A stretch of 64,000 bases of DNA from Nibricoccus sp. (GTDB lineage Bacteria; Verrucomicrobiota; Verrucomicrobiia; Opitutales; Opitutaceae), in assembly GCA_047602425.1 (NCBI GenBank), contig JASGHG010000001.1, forward strand, positions 3,616,001 through 3,680,000, given 5' to 3'. Numbering within the stretch: position 1 is the stretch's first letter; each line of letters starts with the position of its first letter. The notes beneath the pieces are model-generated. The model was not told the origin of the DNA, made no database searches, and worked only from the letters and a program-made list of their open reading frames with translations. Position numbers and translations under genes: made by a program. This document shows positions 21,765 through 32,735 of this stretch, piece after piece.

Positions 21765-22570
21765 CGCTCCAATCGGAACTCGCCAACGTCTCGCCGTCGA
21801 AACTCGCGGTGAGCGGCATCACCAAACGTTTCCGCGCGCGCGGACGCGAGGTGCATGCGCTCGATCACGTCTCGATCGACGTTGCCGAAGGCGAATTCGT
21901 TTGTTTACTGGGGCCGAGTGGTTGCGGAAAAAGCACGTTGCTCAATCTCATCGCAGGTCTCGACGAAGCCGATGAAGGGACGATTTCCAGCGACGGCCAA
22001 CCGGTCACAGGCCCGGGCCGCGACCGCATGGTGATGTTTCAGGAGTCGGCTCTTTTCCCCTGGCTCGACGTGATCGATAACGTGATGTTCGGCCTAAAGC
22101 TCAAGCCGGGACTAACCAATCCCGAGCGTCGCGAAGTCGCGCATTTTTATCTGAAACTCGTCGGACTCGAAAAATTTCTCCACGCCAACATCCACGAACT
22201 TTCCGGCGGCATGAAGCAACGCGTGGCGCTTGCCCGCGCGCTGGCACCGAATCCACGCGTGCTTTTGATGGACGAGCCTTTCGCCGCGCTCGACGCTCTG
22301 ACGCGTGAACAACTTTACGGCGACCTTCAGCGAATCCAGCAGCAGCGCCAGAAAACCATTGTGTTTGTGACGCACAATGTGCGCGAAGCCGTGTGCCTGG
22401 GCGACCGCGTGATTTTGTTTTCGCCGAACCCAGGCCGCATTCAGCAGGAGTTCAAAATCAATTTGGCTCGCCCGCGGGATATCAACAGCGTCGATCTCGC
22501 CGGCCACGCAACTACGATCACGAAGGCCTTGAAGGGCTTCATGAAATCCGAAGCGGAGGTGGCGGAATGA
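21761..22570 (+). CDS. ABC transporter ATP-binding protein (SsuB/TauB-like)
   Basis: GPSGCGKS, LSGGMKQR and LMDEPFAALD motifs; ATG overlaps the upstream stop. Confidence 0.93.
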   Translation: MTLQSELANVSPSKLAVSGITKRFRARGREVHALDHVSIDVAEGEFVCLLGPSGCGKSTLLNLIAGLDEADEGTISSDGQPVTGPGRDRMVMFQESALFPWLDVIDNVMFGLKLKPGLTNPERREVAHFYLKLVGLEKFLHANIHELSGGMKQRVALARALAPNPRVLLMDEPFAALDALTREQLYGDLQRIQQQRQKTIVFVTHNVREAVCLGDRVILFSPNPGRIQQEFKINLARPRDINSVDLAGHATTITKALKGFMKSEAEVAE

Positions 22571-23334
22571 AACGGTTTCTTTCAGCTGCGGCATTTTTCC
22601 TGGTCCTAGCGGTCATCTGGGAAATCCTCGTGCGCGCGAAGATCTGGTCGCCAGTGCTGGTGCCTTCTCCGCTCACGGTTGGTGAATACCTCTGGGGTGC
22701 GGTTCGGGACGGCACGCTGGCCGACGCCGCATGGGTCACCATGAAGCGCCTTCTTCTCGGCTATACCTTTGGTATCGTGCTTGGCCTGCCGATTGGCTTG
22801 CTCACGGCGCGCTTCAAAGTCTGCCAGGACACGATCGGCCTGCTTTCGCTCGGTTTGCAGACGCTGCCGAGCGTATGCTGGGTGCCGCTGGCATTGCTTT
22901 GGTTCGGCCAGACGGAGACGGCGATGTTCTTCGTTGTGGTGATGGGCACGCTCTGGTCGATGATCATCGCGACCGACAATGGCGTGCGCAGCATCCCGCC
23001 CATTTATGCCCGCGCGGCCCGCACGATGGGCTCGAAGGGTCTGCACACGTGGATAAAAGTGATGTTGCCCGCTGCGCTGCCGTTTCTCGTCGGCGGCATG
23101 AAACAGGGCTGGGCTTTTGCCTGGCGCTCGCTGATGGCAGCCGAAATTTACGTGACGATTTTGAGTGGTTTCGGTCTCGGCCATCTCCTGCATTACGGCC
23201 GCGAGCTGAACGCCATGGAGCAGGTGATCGGTGTCATGTTCATCATCGTAGTGATCGGCCTGCTGGCGGACAAAATCATGTTTTCGCCGTGGGAACGTTT
23301 CCTCCATCGCCGTTGGGGCACGCAGGGGAAATGA
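22567..23334 (+). CDS. ABC transporter permease (SsuC/TauC-like)
   Basis: LQTLPSVCWVP, RAARTMG, WRSLMAAE and GLGHLL motifs. Confidence 0.92.
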   Translation: MKRFLSAAAFFLVLAVIWEILVRAKIWSPVLVPSPLTVGEYLWGAVRDGTLADAAWVTMKRLLLGYTFGIVLGLPIGLLTARFKVCQDTIGLLSLGLQTLPSVCWVPLALLWFGQTETAMFFVVVMGTLWSMIIATDNGVRSIPPIYARAARTMGSKGLHTWIKVMLPAALPFLVGGMKQGWAFAWRSLMAAEIYVTILSGFGLGHLLHYGRELNAMEQVIGVMFIIVVIGLLADKIMFSPWERFLHRRWGTQGK

Positions 23335-23360
23335 TGTTCGTCTGGCTAGATTGAACTACC

Positions 23361-25073
23361 CTAAGGGGTTGTAGGCGCGCGGAGGGACGACTTTAGTCGC
23401 ATAAAGTAGTTGCGAGCCGAAGAATCCTTGGCGGTTTTGAGGCCGAGCTCGATGAGTGATTGAGCATCTTCAGTGTAACCGTGCCGTGCTTTCAGCGCGG
23501 CATTTTTGAAGATGAGCTCGGTATTGCGTGGAAAGGCGAGCACTCCTTCATCGAGTATCGCTAAATTTTCGAAGGTAGGAACCGCTTCCGAAATCAACCA
23601 GGCGTCCGCGATGGTGAGATAGATTTCGGGGTGGAGCCGCTTTTGGGCAAGGGCGGCGTAGAGTGGCGTGAGAACGTCTTTGAGTTGGGTGGGGCTCAGT
23701 TTCTCGACGAGGTTATCTCGTTTGGCTTCTGCCATCCCGAGTTTTGCCAGCGTAACGTAGGGGGCAGGCTCATCGACTTTCGCCTGGACAGCTGCTTCCA
23801 GAAAGATGCGGGCGGCGGTGTAACTTTGTGTTTCATAGTTCAACAGACCAAGGGATCCCAGCATTCGTGGATCGGCGTGTTTCCGCATGATGGTTGAAAC
23901 GAGTTCGATGCGCGCATCGTCGTAGCGATTTACCAGGCGCAGGACGTCGCCTTTCATTCGGCCTGCTTCGGCATCGGTGGCTTGCCTGAGGTCCAGCGCG
24001 GGCGGCGGTGGCAATGCGGTAATTTTGGGAACGACTACGTGCTTATAGAATCCCCCTTGGACGTAGTCGCGAAGAGCAGATTCCATGTCGTCGAAACTCA
24101 TTTTGAAATAGCGCCTGAACATATCTTCGGTGACAGGTGCTTTGCAGGCTTCCTCAATAAACTGGAGAAAGGCATTCCGGTAACGACCCTTGTGGCTCAG
24201 CATCCCGAAGTGCACGAAGGCGAGGGCTTGATGCGAGAAGGTGCCGCCAGCCGACCTTTTGTATTCACGAGAGCCATACGTGATGGCGAAGAATTCAGGC
24301 ATGGAGAGCATGCGCCGCGGTATGCCCCTTTCATTGCTGAAATACCGGGTGAGGCTCATGTCGAGTTGAGCGAAGGTGATTTTGTCCTTTTTGACCTGCA
24401 AGGAGTCGAAATATCGCGCCACGCCCTCTTCAAGCCAGGCGGGCGGCCGTGGTTGGGTGCGGCTGAGCAGGAGCCGCACGTACTGTTGCCGAACCAGTGT
24501 TTCTCCGTCAATGAATTCGCTCCCTGTCCCCTGTGTGAACGTGTTACCTTCGCCGTCGGACCCTACAGAAACTCCGTCCCCGAAGAACGACTGAACATCC
24601 AGGTTGATCAGAAAGGTTGTGCCATAGTGGTCCTGGAGTGTGCTATAGACGAGGTTGCCGCGTCGCATGTCGATGCGCCCGGCTTCTTCGGGTGCAAGGG
24701 CCAGATATTTGTCACGCGAGCCGCATAAAACCAGAGTGATTTTGTCGCGTGAAATACTGGTGACTTGGGGAAAAAGCTGAACGAAGGCTTGATGGAATTT
24801 ATACAATTTAGCGGCGAAATCCTTTGTTTCCCGTTCCGAGGCATTGCTGAAAATCTCGAAATTTAAGATCTGGCCGGTCAGCCATTTTTCTTCGGGACGG
24901 AGTTTCAGTGTTTCCGACACGGCGAGTTCCGGCAGACGAATGATCTTTTCGGAGAGAAGCGAACCTTCATCAGCCGGAAGTATGGCTGCCGAGAGAATAA
25001 AAACCGCTAACGAGAGACATAAAACCTGGCGTTTAGTTGTTTGCATGCGAGGCCTTTCTTTCGATTCGGACAT
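23361..25073 (-). CDS. Secreted protein with a degenerate gluzincin-like domain and C-terminal TPR-like helices
   Basis: Signal peptide. PPAWLEEGVARYF is present, but the HExxH position reads QQYVR. The C-terminus has helical repeats. Confidence 0.65.
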   Translation of the reverse strand: MSESKERPRMQTTKRQVLCLSLAVFILSAAILPADEGSLLSEKIIRLPELAVSETLKLRPEEKWLTGQILNFEIFSNASERETKDFAAKLYKFHQAFVQLFPQVTSISRDKITLVLCGSRDKYLALAPEEAGRIDMRRGNLVYSTLQDHYGTTFLINLDVQSFFGDGVSVGSDGEGNTFTQGTGSEFIDGETLVRQQYVRLLLSRTQPRPPAWLEEGVARYFDSLQVKKDKITFAQLDMSLTRYFSNERGIPRRMLSMPEFFAITYGSREYKRSAGGTFSHQALAFVHFGMLSHKGRYRNAFLQFIEEACKAPVTEDMFRRYFKMSFDDMESALRDYVQGGFYKHVVVPKITALPPPPALDLRQATDAEAGRMKGDVLRLVNRYDDARIELVSTIMRKHADPRMLGSLGLLNYETQSYTAARIFLEAAVQAKVDEPAPYVTLAKLGMAEAKRDNLVEKLSPTQLKDVLTPLYAALAQKRLHPEIYLTIADAWLISEAVPTFENLAILDEGVLAFPRNTELIFKNAALKARHGYTEDAQSLIELGLKTAKDSSARNYFMRLKSSLRAPTTP

Positions 25074-25123
25074 TTACCGCGTAAGTGTCCCGCTTGGGAA
25101 AACCCCATCGCGGGGATCAATTT

Positions 25124-25528
25124 CTATTCTGCCTTGGTCTGGAAGGTGAGCTGGTAGGGCGTGGACGGTTGGCCGCTGGTGTCCTTGAAATTTTTAAACT
25201 TGGGACTGTTGATCCAAAAAGCGTACTTGGTGTTTGGCTTCAAATTTAGCTTCAAGATGAAGGTTTTGTGGTCATCGGAGAAACTTGGTTTGGAAGCGAT
25301 GAGATCGGGTGCGATAGGTTTCTTTTGGTCGACGGGCGTAAATGTAGCGCTGTCTTGCATCGGTTTGCTGAACGTCACGCGAATCTCGGTCAGACCGGGT
25401 GCGATGTCCTTTGCATTGGTTAGGGGTATGGTGCTGACAACCACGGGAACAGAAGAATCGGCGGCGAGCGCCGTTAGCGACGCGGACAGTCCGAGGATCA
25501 AAGCGCTGGTGATGAGTAGATTTTTCAT
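25124..25528 (-). CDS. Secreted single Ig-like (Big_5-like) domain protein
   Basis: Signal peptide followed by PVVVSTIP...EIRVTFSKPM...LKPNTKYAFWIN...FKDTSG...PYQLTFQT. Confidence 0.8.
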   Translation of the reverse strand: MKNLLITSALILGLSASLTALAADSSVPVVVSTIPLTNAKDIAPGLTEIRVTFSKPMQDSATFTPVDQKKPIAPDLIASKPSFSDDHKTFILKLNLKPNTKYAFWINSPKFKNFKDTSGQPSTPYQLTFQTKAE

Positions 25529-25552
25529 GGTAATTAGGTGGTTTTAAGTGGT

Positions 25553-27013
25553 TTAAGATTTGGCGATATCCTGTTCGAATTCGGCGATCCAAGCGTCCAG
25601 GTCGGAGCCGTATATGTTTTTTGCGGATTCGTAGGTTTGATTGGCGCAGAGCTGAAGGAACTTTTCATCGCCACCTTTTTGGTGAATTCGTTCCACGAAC
25701 GCGCCGGCGATGGGATAAATGAGATTGTCTTCGGTCCTTTTGAATGAGTTCTGCCAGAGTGAAACGATCGAGAAATTATGTGCTCCGGAGTTTTGGAACG
25801 CTTCACGTGCCGTTGCCAGGCGGTCTCGATCGCTGAGGTCGTAGTGTACGGCGATACCTTCGTTAATTAGACGTGTGGACCGGGTGGGCTTCACGGCATA
25901 GGCGCAAAGGATGTGGGTGAGTTCGTGACCCCTAGTTTGATCGACCCTGGAATGAACAACGACGCTAGCGGTATTGGCGAAACCGAGCTGGGAAAATCCG
26001 GCGACCTTGTTTGCTTCTTCCGATGAGCTCCACACGAAGAAATCAATTTTTTTTGGCGGAATTGCTTGGAAAAAAACATTCACGGTCTGAAATGCATCCT
26101 CACGCGTTTTACTGAATTTCTCCCGGACCTCGGTCGTGATCGTCGGGCTGAAATGGAAACGGATATGATCGGTCTCAACGATAGCCCAAGTTGAATAGCC
26201 GTCACTGAGCCCGAGCAGGTTGGCTATATCGTCAGTCTCAGCCAAGGCGCCTGGTTTGATTTTTTGCAGGGCTTGGCTGCACTTTTCATAGTCGCCTATT
26301 TGATAGTAAGCGCGTGCCAGATTGAGATAGGTCAACAATGTCAGGCCGGGGAAATCCGAGTCCGCATGTTTAAGGGCCTTGGTCAAAAATGGCAGTCCTT
26401 CCTGAGCCTGGAGTTTTTCAAGAAGGATTGTACCGCAGGTCGTAAGCATTTGTGGATCGTCGGGGGATTTCTTTAGTACGTTTTGTACTACGTCCAGGGC
26501 CTTGTCCCATTCACGTGATCGCGTAAGCCCTTTGATTTTCTCGATTACGTCGGCGTTTTTTGTTCTAGCGTGAGCCTTTTCTTCAGATTTAGCGGTGGCG
26601 CTGGTTTTGAAAAAGAACTGATAGGGCTGGGCATAGACGCCGTTGCGATCTTGAAAATGGCCGCCGCGCGGGCCGTTTATCCACAGACCGTAGGTGGTGT
26701 TGGGCTTTAACCTCGCATCCATGACGAAGGTCCGACCGTCGGCTTCCAGGCGGGGATTTGAGATTTTTTCAGGGACAATTTTTGTATCAACAGGGTTGAT
26801 CGTGTAACAGTCCTTCTTCACCGGCTTGCTGAAAGTGATGCGAATTTCGATAGGGCCGGAAGGAATCTCGGAGGCTCCGGCTTCAGGGAAAGTTTTGATG
26901 ACAACCGGTGGAATTTTATCGGTAGCGATTGTATCGACGGCGTGAAGCAATGGCAGGAATGAGAAGAGAAGCCCTGCGAAACAGGAGAGGGTGAGATTGA
27001 ACTTGGTTTTCAT
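25553..27013 (-). CDS. Secreted Ig-like + TPR + gluzincin metallopeptidase-like protein
   Basis: Signal peptide, Ig-like domain (ITFSKPV), TPR helices and HELTH...INEGIA zinc motif. Confidence 0.8.
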   Translation of the reverse strand: MKTKFNLTLSCFAGLLFSFLPLLHAVDTIATDKIPPVVIKTFPEAGASEIPSGPIEIRITFSKPVKKDCYTINPVDTKIVPEKISNPRLEADGRTFVMDARLKPNTTYGLWINGPRGGHFQDRNGVYAQPYQFFFKTSATAKSEEKAHARTKNADVIEKIKGLTRSREWDKALDVVQNVLKKSPDDPQMLTTCGTILLEKLQAQEGLPFLTKALKHADSDFPGLTLLTYLNLARAYYQIGDYEKCSQALQKIKPGALAETDDIANLLGLSDGYSTWAIVETDHIRFHFSPTITTEVREKFSKTREDAFQTVNVFFQAIPPKKIDFFVWSSSEEANKVAGFSQLGFANTASVVVHSRVDQTRGHELTHILCAYAVKPTRSTRLINEGIAVHYDLSDRDRLATAREAFQNSGAHNFSIVSLWQNSFKRTEDNLIYPIAGAFVERIHQKGGDEKFLQLCANQTYESAKNIYGSDLDAWIAEFEQDIAKS

Positions 27014-27093
27014 AACAGAAAGATTTCAGAAGTTTACGGTTACCCGGCCCACGACGCAGCCGTGGCGGATGATTAAATAAAAGAGACAGTGGA

Positions 27094-28584
<1,491 letters not shown>

Positions 28585-28631
28585 CTCCTAATCAGGAGAA
28601 AGGCGGATTTGTTACACGAATTCTCAGAAAA

Positions 28632-29396
28632 TTATCCCAACATGCTGAGCAGGTGGGCGATTTCGTCGTCGATTTCATCGGGAGTGCTCACGGTTTGGGC
28701 GATTTCGTCGCGAAATACTTCACGGTACCGCCGCCGGATTCGATGGGCGGCCACGCGGGCGGCGCCGGCGGAAAGTCCCAACGCCTTGGCGATAACGTCG
28801 TAGCTGATTTCTCCCTTTGGCGCGGTTAGGAAAATTTTGAGCTGATCAAACTCCGTCGCTTTGTTTGCGGCGACATATTCCTCGCGCAGGCGGTTCATCG
28901 TTTGATCGAGCAAGGTCAACGCCCAGCGGCGCTCGTAAATGACATCGGCCGACGCCTCGTTCAGCGGCTCGGTGCGGTAAAGATTTTCCGCGGCTTCGAC
29001 ATCGAGCGAAAGCGGTGCGACGCCGCCACCTCGCCGTTGCGCGGAGGCCCGGTCCAGAACGTTGGCGAGAAAACGTTTGAACGCGACGAGCAGGAAGGTG
29101 CGGAAGCGTCCTTTTTCGGGAGCCACGGAGCGCAAAAAATCTTTCTTTAGCAGTTGGGCGAAAAATTCCTGCGTGTGATCCTGGGCGTCGTGCAACGCGA
29201 AGCCCTGGCGTCGCGCGAAGGCGTAGAGAGGCTGCCAATAGGTTCGGCAAAGCGTTTCAAGCGCGCGATCGGCCTGCGGCGATTCCTTGGCCTGGGCGGA
29301 AAGCACCACCGTCCAACGAGTCGCGACAAAGCGCTCACTCTTGGGCTGGTCTGGGGTTTCAGTATCGGGCTCCACGGCAAAGCAAGTCAGAGGCAT
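28632..29396 (-). CDS. ECF sigma-70 factor of the Ser/Thr kinase-associated type
   Basis: FVATRWTVV, YWQPLYAF, AQDHTQEFF and KGRFRTFL motifs, region-4 HTH; directly upstream of the kinase. Confidence 0.9.
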   Translation of the reverse strand: MPLTCFAVEPDTETPDQPKSERFVATRWTVVLSAQAKESPQADRALETLCRTYWQPLYAFARRQGFALHDAQDHTQEFFAQLLKKDFLRSVAPEKGRFRTFLLVAFKRFLANVLDRASAQRRGGGVAPLSLDVEAAENLYRTEPLNEASADVIYERRWALTLLDQTMNRLREEYVAANKATEFDQLKIFLTAPKGEISYDVIAKALGLSAGAARVAAHRIRRRYREVFRDEIAQTVSTPDEIDDEIAHLLSMLG

Positions 29397-29642
29397 TAGC
29401 CGTGAATCGCGAGTTTAGAAAGGAAATTCTAGGAACACAGGTAGCCTCTACGAAATAGTTTGGGATGCACGTCTTGCGGCCATTCAGTTGCGCAGGATTT
29501 CGGGGGGACGAGTGAAGAAACTCCGTAACATCGGGCGGAATAACCCTAATATATAGACAAGTAGGCATAGGAATACGCGCGATTAGTAAAAATTAACCTG
29601 TCCCGGCCTGTGCCTAAACCACCCACAACATCCATAACCATT

Positions 29643-30474
29643 ATGAAACGCTCAGCCAATATCGTGTCCCTCGCGGGCGCGCTTGCCTCGCTCCTCCTTC
29701 TGTCCTTGACCGGCTGCAACTCTCCGGTGACGCCGATCGAAACAAAGATCACCCCCAAAGTCATCACCATCGCCAAAATCAATTCGAAAGGGATAAATCC
29801 CCAGAACGTCAACGACTGGCTATCGCCAAGCTGGCAGGACATCGAGACGTGGTGGCGAAACCTGCCGACCACACAGCCGCCGCGCGAAGGACTGGAAGCG
29901 GTGGTGGGCTGGGAAATTCTTTTCGATACCCGGGGAACCGATTCGAAGTTCCGGCAGGATTTATATCGCGCGGGTTTCAGCTACGATTTGAGCACGCGAC
30001 AGAACCTCAAGGGGCTGGTCACGAAGGCGACCATGACGTTTAGGTGCTACACGCTGCCGTCGGGCGTTGCACCCAACACCTTGTGTCAGCCGATGACCGG
30101 TGCCGGAGGTTCGTTGGTGGTGCTCGCTCCGTCGGCAACACTGCCAACTGCACCTTTGGATCTGGCCTACCTTGGCTCGGCTCGCAGCGGCGGCGCCTTA
30201 TCCCGCGGGCTCTCGTATTTTTGCGATTCCTCAGGGGCCCTATATCAGCGGAACGGTGGCACCCGGAGTGACTTCGAGCCCGACCGGACAGGGCACGGCC
30301 AGCTACACGGTGGATGTGACAGCCTACGTTAACGCAGCCTTGGAACGTGGTGCATCCGAGCTCTCCTTCATGCTGACGAGTTCTGATGAGGCCAACGTCA
30401 CGGTCTTCCCTCCGGGACCACTGGATTGCAAGACCGTCTATAAATTCGACGATTTAGTCATCCAACACCTTTGA
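29643..30474 (+). CDS. Putative lipoprotein, frameshifted around 30150-30200
   Basis: Lipobox LSLTGC after MKRSANIVSLAG. The coding sense appears to continue in the 30100..30474 frame (AAPYPAGSRIFAIP...YTVDVTAYVNAAL). Confidence 0.6.
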
Positions 30475-30478
30475 ATAG

Positions 30479-30520
30479 AACTAAATGGCAGGGTGCTGTG
30501 CCGCCCTGCCGTTTAGTTTT
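30479..30520. terminator. Probable (possibly bidirectional) terminator hairpin
   Basis: aactaaatggcaggg...ccctgccgtttagtt followed by T's. Confidence 0.75.
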
Positions 30521-30588
30521 GAAGCTGCTAGCTGACAGGCACGGCGGAGCGTGCGGAGGCCTTGAGCCCATCAAGCGTTGCGGCCGGA

Positions 30589-30903
30589 GTACCGATCGCT
30601 TTCGGCATCGTTCTCCTGGACGAAGACGGAGTACTGGTTTCAGCCAGGAAAATAGACTTGGACTGAAAAAGAGTACTCGAAGGCCGTGGAGGAATTCTCC
30701 CTGACCGAAATGGGATACTCCTGAGCGCCCGAGTGGTATGGGTTGTTTCCACAACCGTAGACCATATCCTGAAAGGCGTACGCATTTCAGCCGAAGCAGT
30801 ACAGCGATGTCCGAAGGGAGTACGCGCGCGGGAACACCCAGTAGAAGCCAGGACGCAGGTGGTATTCGGGCGAGGGCAGGGAATACGCTGGATTGGATTT
30901 GGC
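30589..30903. repeat. Degenerate tandem array of 15 units with exact 21-bp period and GGAGTACTC-like core
   Basis: An RTW core starts at 30589 and recurs every 21 bp to 30883. Purine at position 1 in 15/15 units, T at 2 in 15/15, A at 3 in 13/15; linkers are variable. Confidence 0.85.
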
Positions 30904-31135
30904 GATCTGCGATTTCTTTGCCGAGTGGGGCGGCCGGTTCACGGGGTTTTGGTCAATCATGATTGGTTAACCATTGTCCTCAGGAGGATGCCGAAAAAGA
31001 CGCTGGGTGTGCAAAAATTCAGAGGGTGGGTCCGTAAATGTCCCACCCTCCCTGATAAGATGGTTGTATCACGATTCAGAAAGCAACTGGCCAATCCCGG
31101 CCGGCCGGAGGATCGAAAAATAAAATACAAAACAT

Positions 31136-31520
31136 ATGCCACGTCTAAAACGCACCCTGTCCAAGGACATTCAAAACGCCGCTGCCCGTGCGGCCGGAAT
31201 CGAGTCGATCGATCCCTCACTCGATCTTGGCAACGGCATGTCGCTTGAGGCCTTCAAAACCACGATCGAGGACGCCCGCGCGAAGCAAGCGGCCTACAAC
31301 ACCCTGCTTTCGCAGGCCGATGAAGCGAAGAACATCTTCGAGCTGGCTGAGCAAAGTACGAAGGACTTCTCGGAGCGCATGCTCGCCGCGATCGCCGCTA
31401 AGCACGGCTCGCAACAGCAATGAATACGAACAAGCCGGAGGCACCCGCCGTTCCGAGCGCAAGCGCAGCACCCGTGTCGCTGCTGCCACTGCGACCACCG
31501 CGTCAGAAAAAGCAGCCTAA
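31136..31520 (+). CDS. Small alpha-helical conserved hypothetical protein (about 127 aa), with one extra base at 31409
   Basis: MPRLKR...SIDPSLDLGNGMSL...SERMLAAIAAKHG, then after one extra T: RNSNEYEQAGGTRRSERKR. This resembles a widespread uncharacterised family I recall from cyanobacteria and Bacteroidota. Confidence 0.75.
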
Positions 31521-31545
31521 CGGAGATCTAGAATCAGTAACCACA

Positions 31546-31577
31546 AGCCGGAGCGGACACGCTCCGGCTTTTTATTT
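31546..31577 (+). terminator. Rho-independent terminator
   Basis: Hairpin agccggagcg-gaca-cgctccggct followed by a T run. Confidence 0.85.
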
Positions 31578-31734
31578 CTGTGGATGGATACGATCTGGAA
31601 AAGAGAGATGTTGCGACCAACGCCGAATCATTAGCTAACGACTAAAAACTGAAAAATTTTATCCCTTTTCGGCTTCCTTCTCCAAACCTGACTCGTTTTT
31701 ATATTCTGGTATCTTTTGAATGGTTGTGACGGAA

Positions 31735-32733
31735 TCATGCACGGTAGAGGTTTTTACCTTCATGTTTTATCCAATATGCATATACCGCTTGCTTTCCTCC
31801 AATTTCAGCCGTCCCTTTAGAATAGTCGGGATTGTATATCGATGGCTGAGGGTAGTGGACACTGCACTCCTTTTGAGAAGCGTAGAGGCACATTGCTGCT
31901 GAAATGGGCTTCGGACCAAAAGGTGCGAACGATAGTTTGGTGCTGGTTTCAGACGCCAACACGGTAATCCGATTAAACGCTGAATTTAAATCTATCGTAG
32001 GAATCCGATAGTGAGCGAACTTGGTGCGTTCACGACCTTCCTCAAGCCGATAAATAGATTCCCACGCTCTATGAACTGCCGCAATAGCTGCGGGAAAAGG
32101 AATCAGTAACTTAATCGATTCATGTTTTTTTATCTCTGCAATATGACTTTGCATACTCTCCACCATGAATCCGACACTAGCAACTAATGTTTCTTGTTTT
32201 GAATTGTCACATTGAAAACCAGGAATATTGAGCCATTCAGACGCTTTCTCGCTTAGTGTACGTTTGTTGTCGTATTTTTCTGGAATAGCATACGTGACAA
32301 CCAAGTTATTTACCTTATTACTGCGGAGGAAATATCGCAGTAAAGGGAAGAAAAAACGCTTAGGTAGTGATGTGATATCTAAGATTATTGAATCCTCGAT
32401 TAAACTTTCCAATTCTCTACCGATAGCGATTATTTTATGCAATTCGGTGAGTAGTTCGACAGGTCGTATAATCTCATTGGATTGACCACCAGAAGCGTAG
32501 AACTCTGTTTGACGCTCTGTGAGAAGCTGTTTGCAGCGCTCCGTGTATTTGGATGGCAGGTCGTGGATCTCCAGCAATCGAGTAAATCGCAATTCGCTTA
32601 AGCCCCTAAGCCATTTCCATGATGCTAACGAACGTTCTTCTGTACCTAATGCTCCCAAAATGCCCCATTGGTGTCGAGATGACAAATTAAGAGCCCAATC
32701 GAGCAATCCCCAAGGACGATATTCGTTTGGCAC
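31735..32733 (-). CDS. Hypothetical protein, possibly tandem CARF-like/Rossmannoid domains (gene 4 of the AT-rich operon)
   Basis: GTG start 2 nt after the upstream stop; ILDITSLPKR and SFAPFGPKPIS strand-loop-helix motifs. Confidence 0.7.
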   Translation of the reverse strand: MPNEYRPWGLLDWALNLSSRHQWGILGALGTEERSLASWKWLRGLSELRFTRLLEIHDLPSKYTERCKQLLTERQTEFYASGGQSNEIIRPVELLTELHKIIAIGRELESLIEDSIILDITSLPKRFFFPLLRYFLRSNKVNNLVVTYAIPEKYDNKRTLSEKASEWLNIPGFQCDNSKQETLVASVGFMVESMQSHIAEIKKHESIKLLIPFPAAIAAVHRAWESIYRLEEGRERTKFAHYRIPTIDLNSAFNRITVLASETSTKLSFAPFGPKPISAAMCLYASQKECSVHYPQPSIYNPDYSKGTAEIGGKQAVYAYWIKHEGKNLYRA

Positions 32734-32735
32734 GT

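Noticed and set aside
29560..29578. Third TAGGAAT site as an Rrf2 operator
   Set aside because: The upstream positions do not match the other two sites, and the neighbouring genes are unrelated to sulfur.
30589..30903. CRISPR interpretation of the 21-bp array
   Set aside because: The conserved core is only about 9 degenerate nt, the unit is far shorter than a repeat plus spacer, and there are no cas genes in the window.
30733..31248. 171-aa ORF with Val every seventh residue
   Set aside because: It overlaps the better-supported 31136 gene in another frame, and the same frame has a stop at 30664 within the array. It is probably a by-product of the DNA periodicity.
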